A stretch of DNA of 64,000 bases from the IMG/VR virus record IMGVR_UViG_3300042507_005574. One strand, given 5' to 3'. The notes under the pieces were generated by a model. That model was given only the letters and a program-made list of their open reading frames with translations, was not told the DNA's origin and searched no databases. The position numbers and the translations under genes were made by a program. The DNA is from a virus. This document shows, piece after piece, positions 11,360-20,700 of the stretch (its first letter is position 1; every line of letters starts with the position of its first letter).

Positions 11360-13321
11360 ATGTCTGACGAGATTCGACTGCCGACCGAGTACCAGCAATT
11401 TATTCATTTATCACGCTATTCAAGATGGCTTGAAAATAAGGGACGAAGAGAAACTTGGGAAGAGACAGTCAATCGCTATTTCAACTTCTTCGATAAGCAC
11501 CTTGCAATTTTTACTAAAGGAAAGTTGTCGAAGGCAGAGCGTGAAGAACTTCGTCAGGCAGTTCTTAACCTTGAGGTGCTTCCTTCAATGCGATGTCTCA
11601 TGACAGCAGGTGAAGCCCTTGAACGAGACAACATTGCTGGATACAACTGTGCCTATGTTCACATCAATCGGGTTCGTGCATTCGATGAGATTCTCTATGT
11701 TCTCATGTGTGGTACGGGGGTTGGATTCTCTGTCGAGCGTCAGTTTGTTGAGAAGTTACCCACCATTGCCGAAGAGTTCAGCGATAGCGATACCCTCATC
11801 AATGTTGCCGATTCAAAGCAGGGTTGGGCAAAGGCTTTCCGTGAACTGATCAGTCTTCTCATCGTAGGTCAGATCCCCAAGTGGGATGTGTCAAAGGTTC
11901 GTCCTGCGGGTGCTCGACTGAAGACATTCGGTGGCAGAGCATCTGGTCCTCGTCCACTTGAAGATCTATTCAAGTTCACCGTGGAGACTTTCCGAAAGTC
12001 TGCGGGTCGCAAGTTGACTTCAATCGAATGTCATGACATTGTTTGCAAGATCGCAGAGATCGTAGTTGTCGGGGGCGTTCGTCGCTCGGCACTCATTTCA
12101 CTTTCAGAACTTGGCGATGAGCGAATGCGTAATGCCAAGAGCGGTGCTTGGTGGGAGGCAAATCCGCAACGGGCACTCGCAAACAATAGCGTTGCATACA
12201 AGGAAAAGCCTGAAATCGGAACTTTCATGCAGGAGTGGCTGTCTCTCTACAACAGCAAGAGTGGTGAGCGTGGTATCTTCAATAGAGCCGCAGCACAAAA
12301 GACTGTTTCAAAGTTAGGTGATCGTCGTGATCCTAACCATGAATTTGGAACGAATCCCTGCTCTGAAATCATTCTTCGTGATCGTGAGTTCTGTAATCTT
12401 ACGGAGATCATCATTCGTCCAACAGACACCGTAGAAGATCTTCTGAGAAAGGCTCGTATTGCTGCCATTCTAGGTACGATGCAAGCATCACTCACTAATT
12501 TCCAATATATTTCTTCTGAGTGGTCGAAGAATTGTAAGGAAGAAGCACTTCTTGGCGTTTCCATGACTGGTCAGTTGGACAACAAGATGATGCTTTCGAT
12601 GTCTGATAATAGTGATCTTCTTTTGCCGTCTTCACTACCAAATATTCTTGAGACCGTGAAGAACAAAACCATTGAAGTGAATGCAGAATGGGCAAAGAGA
12701 CTTGGTATCAATCCCGCTGCTGCAATTACATGTGTCAAGCCTTCGGGAACTGTTTCTCAGTTGACTGATGCTGCTTCAGGAATGCACCCAAGACACAGTC
12801 AATACTACATTCGCACGGTTCGTGCAGACATCAAAGATCCCCTCTGTCAGATGATGCAGGAGGCAGGATTCCCTTCTGAGCCTTGCGTAATGCGTCCCGA
12901 CCACACTAGAGTATTTTCATTCCCCATGAAGTCTCCTGATGGGTGTTTGACACGCAATGATCTAACTGCAATTGAACATCTGAATCTTTGGTTGACCTAT
13001 CAGAGACATTGGTGTGAACATAAGCCGTCTATTACCATTACCGTTCGTGAACACGAATGGATGGATGTTGGTGCTTGGGTGTATGAACACTTTGATGAGG
13101 TGTCTGGAATTTCCTTCCTGCCCCACAGCGACCACTCATACAAGCAGGCTCCGTATCAAGATTGCACAAAGGAAGAATATGAAACCCTTTTGGCTCAAAT
13201 GCCAAAGAATGTAAACTGGTCTGATCTCTCCAAGTATGAGAAGGAAGATAGAACGGCTGGATCTCAAACCTATGCTTGTTCAGGAGATAAATGTGAATTG
13301 GTGGATTTGACATCCTCATAA
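11360..13321 (+). CDS. nrdJ: Monomeric class II (adenosylcobalamin-dependent) ribonucleotide reductase
   Basis: YNCAY, GTGVGFS, VVVGGVRRSALI, TNPCSEI (thiyl-radical Cys), TCVKPSGTVSQL and a C-terminal CSGDKC redox pair. No beta-subunit gene is adjacent. Confidence 0.93.
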   Translation: MSDEIRLPTEYQQFIHLSRYSRWLENKGRRETWEETVNRYFNFFDKHLAIFTKGKLSKAEREELRQAVLNLEVLPSMRCLMTAGEALERDNIAGYNCAYVHINRVRAFDEILYVLMCGTGVGFSVERQFVEKLPTIAEEFSDSDTLINVADSKQGWAKAFRELISLLIVGQIPKWDVSKVRPAGARLKTFGGRASGPRPLEDLFKFTVETFRKSAGRKLTSIECHDIVCKIAEIVVVGGVRRSALISLSELGDERMRNAKSGAWWEANPQRALANNSVAYKEKPEIGTFMQEWLSLYNSKSGERGIFNRAAAQKTVSKLGDRRDPNHEFGTNPCSEIILRDREFCNLTEIIIRPTDTVEDLLRKARIAAILGTMQASLTNFQYISSEWSKNCKEEALLGVSMTGQLDNKMMLSMSDNSDLLLPSSLPNILETVKNKTIEVNAEWAKRLGINPAAAITCVKPSGTVSQLTDAASGMHPRHSQYYIRTVRADIKDPLCQMMQEAGFPSEPCVMRPDHTRVFSFPMKSPDGCLTRNDLTAIEHLNLWLTYQRHWCEHKPSITITVREHEWMDVGAWVYEHFDEVSGISFLPHSDHSYKQAPYQDCTKEEYETLLAQMPKNVNWSDLSKYEKEDRTAGSQTYACSGDKCELVDLTSS

Positions 13322-13348
13322 TTCAGTATAAATAATATCGGGTATATT

Positions 13349-13711
13349 ATGCAAACTCTTGCGATACAAGCACTTTGGTTAGGATTTATCCTTTACCTTC
13401 TCTACGAGACATCGGCAGTATATTCCTATATTTCATCTTGGCCGATGAGACTTTTTAAGAGGTGGAGTAAAATTCACCAATATGAAAAGACAGCAGCAGA
13501 TTCAATCAGTTACTGTGATTGGATGCTGTCTCATCACAACAAATCTTTCTTAGTTAAATTGTTGTCATGTAGATATTGCTTTGGGGTTTGGTTATCATTA
13601 GGTATCTGTATGATAACAAATTCACCTGAAAATATACCGATTGTGTATTTTGGTGGACAATTAATTTGCTCTTTGTTTGCATTCGCTGAAAGGAAAATGA
13701 GAGATGAATGA
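13349..13711 (+). CDS. Small membrane protein with CxxC (DUF1360-like)
   Basis: Hydrophobic helices and LLSCRYCFGVWLS. TATAAATA at 13327-13334. Confidence 0.6.
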   Translation: MQTLAIQALWLGFILYLLYETSAVYSYISSWPMRLFKRWSKIHQYEKTAADSISYCDWMLSHHNKSFLVKLLSCRYCFGVWLSLGICMITNSPENIPIVYFGGQLICSLFAFAERKMRDE

Positions 13712-14003
13712 GATTATATTCGAAGGTCCGGATGATTTGTACAATAAAATTGGCGACAAAGCGTTAGATGGTGAGGCACATAAACCTCTCATCAGTATCC
13801 ATGCAACAATCAGAATGTTTAGAGATCCTAACACTTGCAGTTGCAAAAAGGGGAAAAAGGTTCAAGATAAAATCGTAGGCATGTACATGTCACTTCCGCC
13901 GTCGATTAGAATTGATCCTTTCCGTGAAAATATAAAAGCACTTTTTGACAACTCAGTTTTAATTTTTAAGATCAACGGCTTGGAGTTTGCACGGATAGAA
14001 TAA
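13704..14003 (+). CDS. Hypothetical protein with a CxC motif
   Basis: 99-aa ORF translationally coupled to both neighbours; contains TCSCKKG. Confidence 0.6.
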   Translation: MNEIIFEGPDDLYNKIGDKALDGEAHKPLISIHATIRMFRDPNTCSCKKGKKVQDKIVGMYMSLPPSIRIDPFRENIKALFDNSVLIFKINGLEFARIE

Positions 14004-14602
14004 TGGCATCTACGAACAATATATTTGTTAAGTTCGTTAGAGAGACACTTCGTGAGAATGGTCTTGAACTAAATCTAAAAAACACAAAATTCGTCAAAAC
14101 CGATGGATCTATGTGTTGGGGGTTTTTTGACGAAAAGCAAATATGTGTAGCAAAAAATAATCCCCGATGGATTGAAGTTTTGGCTCATGAGTATTCCCAT
14201 TTCATTCAATGGAAAAGGGGAACCGAATTATACAAAAAATGCTTTGGTCCGACTAACAACTATGCCGATGTTGTTGAGGATTGGCTTATTGGTAAAGATT
14301 TTGATAGTAGAAGAGTTAAAAAAGCATTTGAAACATATCGGTCTATGGAACGAGAATGTGAAAAGATTACTGTGAAGGTGATGCAGCGACACGGTATAAA
14401 ATTTGATTTGGAGAGATATACTCAAGAATCGAACTGTCACATTTACATGTACCATTACATGGAAAGAAGAAGAAAAAGTTCATTCAATAATGAGCCGACG
14501 AAAAACTGGAGAATCGTAAGGCAAATGCCTTCATCTTTCAGAGTTCAGTCGCATAAAACCCTACCAAAAGAAATAGATGCAGTAATGGATAGTCTATTGT
14601 GA
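14003..14602 (+). CDS. Putative zincin-type metallopeptidase (HExxH)
   Basis: EVLAHEYSHFIQW followed by a downstream ERECE glutamate. Confidence 0.65.
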   Translation: MASTNNIFVKFVRETLRENGLELNLKNTKFVKTDGSMCWGFFDEKQICVAKNNPRWIEVLAHEYSHFIQWKRGTELYKKCFGPTNNYADVVEDWLIGKDFDSRRVKKAFETYRSMERECEKITVKVMQRHGIKFDLERYTQESNCHIYMYHYMERRRKSSFNNEPTKNWRIVRQMPSSFRVQSHKTLPKEIDAVMDSLL

Positions 14603-14620
14603 GATACTAAATAGTAGGCT

Positions 14621-17377
14621 ATGGCTCACTATAGACTATTCAATGCATATCCTTCTTTTGGATCCACTTTTACCGAAAATGATGTAGTACTGAATAACCC
14701 CATTCCGAATTACGGAATGATGGCTACACATTTGACCGACTACTTCGAAAATCAAATGTCTGAAACTACGGTTTCTGGTACCGATTATCTGTCGGCATTT
14801 ATTGCATCAAATAAGAGTCTGACGAGTATCGTTGAATCTGACATGACCGCAATGGCAAATGATGTCTCAATAGATTTTGGAATAACTTCATCTACTATTG
14901 GGTATGCTGCATTGGATTTCCGTGGAGAGTCATGGAAATATCTAATTGGCGATGGAATCATTGGACCGAGCAATATCAACAACACACCAGCATTTACTGA
15001 AACATTGAATGCTGCAACAAATATACTCAACTTCTTTAGAGGAAAATACCCTTCAATTAAATGGGCATTTGTTGGATTACCTCACCTTCCAAAGTACACA
15101 TGCTTTGCTCCTACTGCTGGTTCGTCTTTTTCATGGGGTGAAGGTCTCACAAATAATCCGGGTACAACAAACAATCACTGGGACGCATCACATCCAACGG
15201 GGCCATCAGGCATGTCAGGGTCTTACGGTGATAGAATATTTGAATGGAACCATACTCCTAGTAATTTGGCTGCATTCTATAAATCAAGAGTCATCGAAAG
15301 AACAAGACCAATACTAGAGGCTTCTGGTTGGTTGTGCCCCGACATTAATCCAGTTGGAACGGACAGTACGCAATTCGGATACTATGTCCATTCAATCTTT
15401 GCTCATAACTCATATACAACTGAGTTAATTAGAACTGCAAAAGAGTTTTCTCAATCTAGACTTGTGGATTGTAAAATTATTCCAGTGTTTAACAGTATGA
15501 TGAGGTCTAGGGAAAGTCATGTGTTTGACGATCCATTTGGTCAATTCAAAATAAGACGAGAAACTGAACCTGGTGGACCAAATATAGACATTCAATATCT
15601 CGCAGGATTCTCAGGTGGGTCGGGCAGTTTATATGCATCCGACATTGACTTGAGTCTCTCATTTTTAAGATCTGCCATGCTTGAGCCTGCCGCACTGAAT
15701 GGAGCAGTAGGATTTATTTACGAGGATAACATTCCTCTTATGGTAAATTTTGCATGTACTGGATCAACATCACACACTGCTCAAGAAGAAGAGGCAATAC
15801 TTAGAGCAAAAAATTTCATATCTAACACCGTCTATGATAGAACCGATATATCTTTAATTCCTTGGACATCGGTTAAAAATGAAGTTCTAAGTGTATTATC
15901 TTACAAAATAACAGCAGCACAACTTAGAGTCATATCCGAATCAATTCCTATAGGAAACTCTTGGTCATTTGTGGACAACAGAATTCAAGTTCCAGATGGA
16001 GAAAGTGTTGATGTTTCAGAATATAGAAGTGTCTTCTGGAAAAGATGTAATGCAGGGGTATGCACCGATGCAGGAGAATCATCATTCCGAGAATATAGAG
16101 AATCAAATCCATTAATTGCTGAGTGTGATGGTTGTGGTCCCCCACCACCCGACTGCAATCGTGGTGCTTGTTGTTATGAAGAGGGTGGTGTAGGTTTTTG
16201 TGGGGATGACATATGTGAAGGTGATTGTGCTGGTAATTTTATTCCACTGAGTTCAAATGTATGCGGAGCAGGAGTTCCAATCACATGTGCAAATCTCGGT
16301 GGTGCTGGTGTGGGAGAAGCAGCACCATGTTCAGAAGTAGGATTTGAAAACCGTTGTTGGACAGATATCATAGGACCACCACCTCCACCTGATCCGTGTT
16401 GTGTTGCACAAGGTCTAGATCCAGAAAAACCTTGCGTTGAAGTTAAGATTTGTTCTTATGACTGCACATTCTGCGACAATATTGATCGAGACTGTGATGG
16501 AATTCCAGATGCACCAAACGGTTGCGCCTCGCCTCCTCTTCCACCAGGTACTATAGAAGAGACAACAAAAGAAAGAACATGTAGAAAGTACCGAATTGCG
16601 GCAGGAGCATGTTGCTGTGTAGATTGTACAGGATTTCCTGGCGATACTCCTGGACTTGATAGAGATCCTCCGCAGTGTAGTGAAGGTCCAGCAGGAGGTC
16701 CACCAAACGGTCAATTTGGAACATTTGGTGGAATAGCAGGAGCAATTCGTTGTGGTCAAAACGATACCTCAACTTTACCGCTTGCTCCTGGTGGTTTTCA
16801 GTTTTGCCACGATCCTGCTCAACCTTGGCTCGACAAAGATGGTTGTCTGAAACCATGTGAAAACTTTGCATCGGTTTCAAATGATCTATGTGAATGTTGT
16901 GCAGAAAGATCTCCGAGTGGATATGAAAATCCCGATGGCACACGATGTTGTAATACTGACTCAGGACTCAGTTTTTTATGCCCTAGAGATAACTGTTTTC
17001 AACCATGTGTAAATGGTGGAGGAACAGAGTTAGACTGGCAAACAATTACTGAATCTTTATTTCAAAGTTTGTCTTTAGAACAGCAAAAATTAGTTGCAGA
17101 AGACATCTATAATTTCAATCTATATGGACATTTAGATGCAGAGACAAAACTAATTGTTGAAAACATAGCAAAGAGAACTAGGAGATTTGGATTATCAACT
17201 ATGAGAGATAGAGGCCAAGTGATGAACACTATTTCTCTTTATGAAGATATTACCAATCCAAGGAAAAACACAGTTCTTAATCTAAAGAATAATTACTTAC
17301 CTTCAGTCGAAACAGTCAATAGAATCAAATCGGAGTTTGCATTTGACAGATTCTTATTGCCAATCTCATATAAGTAA
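14621..17377 (+). CDS. Large late protein: GH56/hyaluronidase-like TIM-barrel N-terminal half plus a Cys-rich C-terminal half
   Basis: AALDFRGESW, FFRGKYPSIKWAFVGLP, SGWLCPDI and EPAALNGAVGFIY resemble GH56 strands. Dense Cys, including GACC motifs. CTAAATA at 14607. Confidence 0.55.
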   Translation: MAHYRLFNAYPSFGSTFTENDVVLNNPIPNYGMMATHLTDYFENQMSETTVSGTDYLSAFIASNKSLTSIVESDMTAMANDVSIDFGITSSTIGYAALDFRGESWKYLIGDGIIGPSNINNTPAFTETLNAATNILNFFRGKYPSIKWAFVGLPHLPKYTCFAPTAGSSFSWGEGLTNNPGTTNNHWDASHPTGPSGMSGSYGDRIFEWNHTPSNLAAFYKSRVIERTRPILEASGWLCPDINPVGTDSTQFGYYVHSIFAHNSYTTELIRTAKEFSQSRLVDCKIIPVFNSMMRSRESHVFDDPFGQFKIRRETEPGGPNIDIQYLAGFSGGSGSLYASDIDLSLSFLRSAMLEPAALNGAVGFIYEDNIPLMVNFACTGSTSHTAQEEEAILRAKNFISNTVYDRTDISLIPWTSVKNEVLSVLSYKITAAQLRVISESIPIGNSWSFVDNRIQVPDGESVDVSEYRSVFWKRCNAGVCTDAGESSFREYRESNPLIAECDGCGPPPPDCNRGACCYEEGGVGFCGDDICEGDCAGNFIPLSSNVCGAGVPITCANLGGAGVGEAAPCSEVGFENRCWTDIIGPPPPPDPCCVAQGLDPEKPCVEVKICSYDCTFCDNIDRDCDGIPDAPNGCASPPLPPGTIEETTKERTCRKYRIAAGACCCVDCTGFPGDTPGLDRDPPQCSEGPAGGPPNGQFGTFGGIAGAIRCGQNDTSTLPLAPGGFQFCHDPAQPWLDKDGCLKPCENFASVSNDLCECCAERSPSGYENPDGTRCCNTDSGLSFLCPRDNCFQPCVNGGGTELDWQTITESLFQSLSLEQQKLVAEDIYNFNLYGHLDAETKLIVENIAKRTRRFGLSTMRDRGQVMNTISLYEDITNPRKNTVLNLKNNYLPSVETVNRIKSEFAFDRFLLPISYK

Positions 17378-17395
17378 TACAGAAAGGAGAAAGCC

Positions 17396-17509
17396 ATGTC
17401 AGAATTTCTAGGTACAACTTGGTGGAGTGTCCTCATGTTTATTGCTGGTGCTTTGATCGGTGCGCCACTTTGGAAGTGGGTATCGTCAAAAATGCCTTGG
17501 AACAATTGA
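17396..17509 (+). CDS. 37-aa single-pass membrane microprotein (not in the ORF track)
   Basis: Strong SD AGAAAGGAG before the ATG. Translation MSEFLGTTWWSVLMFIAGALIGAPLWKWVSSKMPWNN. Followed by a terminator. Confidence 0.75.
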   Translation: MSEFLGTTWWSVLMFIAGALIGAPLWKWVSSKMPWNN

Positions 17510-17533
17510 GTTCCTTAAAATAATAAACGGACC

Positions 17534-17560
17534 AACGGGGGGAGAAATCCCCCCGTTTTC
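17534..17560 (+). terminator. Rho-independent terminator
   Basis: AACGGGGGGA-GAAA-TCCCCCCGTT, a perfect 10-bp stem with a GNRA loop, followed by T's. Confidence 0.85.
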
Positions 17561-17591
17561 AATAGTATCTTCGTGAACTAAATAGATTGAA

Positions 17592-17795
17592 ATGCCAAAA
17601 CTTTATACAGATCTTCTCAAATCCCTTGAAGAGTGGGTTGCACACACCGCAAGGGTATCATCACGACTTAGCACCCGCACAGACCTCTCCATTAAGGCTA
17701 AGAAGCCGAGCGTGATACAACCGACACAAGTTCCCTTCTCCAAGAAAGAGAAGGCTCGTAGGGGCATACACGGCTTCCAGATAGGAGAAAAATAA
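17592..17795 (+). CDS. Small basic hypothetical protein
   Basis: CTAAATA at 17578-17584 directly upstream. The stop overlaps the next ATG (TAATG). Confidence 0.6.
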   Translation: MPKLYTDLLKSLEEWVAHTARVSSRLSTRTDLSIKAKKPSVIQPTQVPFSKKEKARRGIHGFQIGEK

Positions 17796-20700
17796 TGGCT
17801 TTTCATGGATCTCAAGGGTTTTTTAGATTTAAAGGTGCTACATCCATACCGCAAAAAGAGGTTGGAATATCGGGGGATTCAAGATACACAAGAGAATTTT
17901 TAGATCGTGAACCCATCACCATACATGCGCCATTTAATTTAACGAGTACATTCAAAAGAGGAGATACCCCTTTTGGATTTTCTTTGCCATTCTCATATAT
18001 TCAAGATGAGTGGGATACAGTACCTGGAATTCCTAATGATTTCTACAACCTAAAGTTTTCTCCAGATTTGGTGTGGAACACATATGCATCCTTACAGGAA
18101 AATGGTGATCATGTTTTTATGGAGGAAAAAGATGGTTACATTTATATTTTGAGAAATGTAGTTCTTGCTGGTCTTACTCAAGAAAATGCTGGAATACCTG
18201 TCGTATATGATGATGAAATTGGATCTTTTTTGTCGGTTCCATATCTTTGGGGATCCGTCATAGAGGGAATTCACAGTGGAGCAAGAAGATTTATTGTTGG
18301 CCCCACGAAGAAATTTGTATCTAATCCCTTTTATGGAGAATATGACTCAACATCATTAGATATTTTGGGAGATTATGGTGATATTGCTTGTGCTGGCACT
18401 GGAGATTTTGCAGCAGGGCAAATGCTTTTGGTTATGCCTGAATATGGAACGACTGGAGTATATGATGAATCTAGACACAACATATTCAATTACTCAGCAG
18501 ATGTTCGGGTTGTATCAGGAAATTCCACTCCACTGAATTCCAATTTCCTACCACAAACTCCTTTCTCAACCGAGAATATTGATTACTCTGGATTTAGACT
18601 TAGAGACAGAAAAAAACTTCCAGTTCCATATTTTGCAGCAGATGAAGAATCGCTAATCTCAATGGTGAATGGTACTACTGTTGAACCAGATAGAACAGTT
18701 TACGGAACAAGTGGTAATCCCCAAACCCCACCATTCATTTCATTTGTCAGTTGGAAATACACAGGTTTTAATGCAAATCCCACAAGAAGACATGCATTTG
18801 CAATCACAAAAAGACACTTGCTGTCTTTATCTACGCCATTTCATAACTATGCATACTCACCCGATAATCCATATGCAAAAGATCCATTTGGATTTGCTAA
18901 TGCAGTTACAGGTTTTGTACCATTTACTGACCACCAACCTGGCGACAAAGTATATTTCTATGACAAAAACGAAAATCGTGTCATAGAAAGAACTGTGGTC
19001 GCAACACTCCCTTTCGATGTTAAAACTGTACACGAAACCTTAAATAAGATAGTAAGCGGTGCATACCCGAGACTTGAATCAACTTGGACAAATGTATATA
19101 TTGAAAACTGTGTAATTTATACGGATCCAGCAGGAGTAACTTATAATACCCCCTGCTACGAATACACACAACTGGAAGAGGGATACAATACGGAAATTGC
19201 TTTTGGGAATTATGATTATGTAGTAAACTATGAAGGGTCTCCTATCGGAGGGACAGGAGATATATCTGAGTTCGACTCAGGAAGCGAATTCGAAGATAAA
19301 TGGCTAAAAACATATCCAGAAATAACAGGCACAGAAAGCAGTCTTGAATATGCGGAGATGTTTAGTAGGATTAGAGATAAGTTTGTGCAAAATGCTTTGT
19401 ACAAAGATAATTTTAGCGGATTCGATGAAAAGTCATTTGGACCTACATCTTTCTTCGAAGTTGTACCTTTCAACTATAACTTAGGAATTGAAACTGGTGG
19501 TGTAACATCCACCACTGGAGTAGGGTGGTTTGATTCTCTAATGCCTCAAAACTATCCGATTAGAAATATGGTTGGAGGTTTACCGATAAACCTCTACACT
19601 CTCAATAATCCATCTGAAACTAACCCACTTGCACTGCAAAAAAGTTTAGGTAATAAGTTTCAAGAATCTGTTGCATTCGAAGACTCAATCACTGATGTGA
19701 ATCCGACAAGAGAAAATATAAGATCCTCGCAAGCAAATCAAAATATTGGTGTTGTTGGATATTCGGCTGAACAATCACTTGAAGAATCCGATCCTGAACC
19801 AGAAAATCCAACAGGATCCATACCTCGGATGGAAGTCGATTCCACTCTGCCAAATTCAACAATAGATGAACAATTTTACTATTTACCAACAGCAGCAAGA
19901 AATGCGATCAGAGAATATTTTCCGCATGGTTTAAACAATATATTCTACGGAAGTTTCAATGCTAATGATAAATTTAGGAGACTTTTGACATGGGAATATC
20001 TAACTAGTCATTTTAAGGGACTAATAGATGGAAAGTGCAGCATTCATTTATTGGATCAAGATCTTCCTGATGGTGTAAGACCAATATCTCTGTTAGATGT
20101 AAGAAGATCTGAATTACATAAACATGAGATGTTTGTTGATGACCAAATGAGGGGATTTATTGCAAAAAATTGCCCACCACAAACTACATTCTTTCCACTT
20201 CAATATTTTGGTAATGTTGCGATTGCCGGATGTCGAAGAGAATATGGAACTATAAATTTCGCAAGAACATATGCAAATCCTTATGGTGAATCCATGCTCA
20301 ATATGCTGTTATTTAGAGTGGGAAGATGCGGGGATAATATATCTAATGTTCTAGACGATTGTGGAGAAACCGGAAACTCATCGTCGGGACCAGAATGTAA
20401 ATGGGGAGTTTTCCAACTTAGTGTTGGATCTAATTTCCCAATACTTAGCAACGACGGAAATGATCGTGGGCTGATGTTCCCTGATGTAACTACTCAGACT
20501 AATTGTTATGATTGTTGGTATAACGGAAATGATACGATTGAGCGGTCTTTGCCGATAAATGCAAAAAACGAAGACAAATTAAATGATCTGACTATTACAA
20601 AATCCTCTTGGGGCGGTCAAGATTTACCAGGCCCACTTTTCACATATGGTAAAAGTGGATCTCCAATACTTTCTAGAATAGTAACACAAAGTTTATATGG

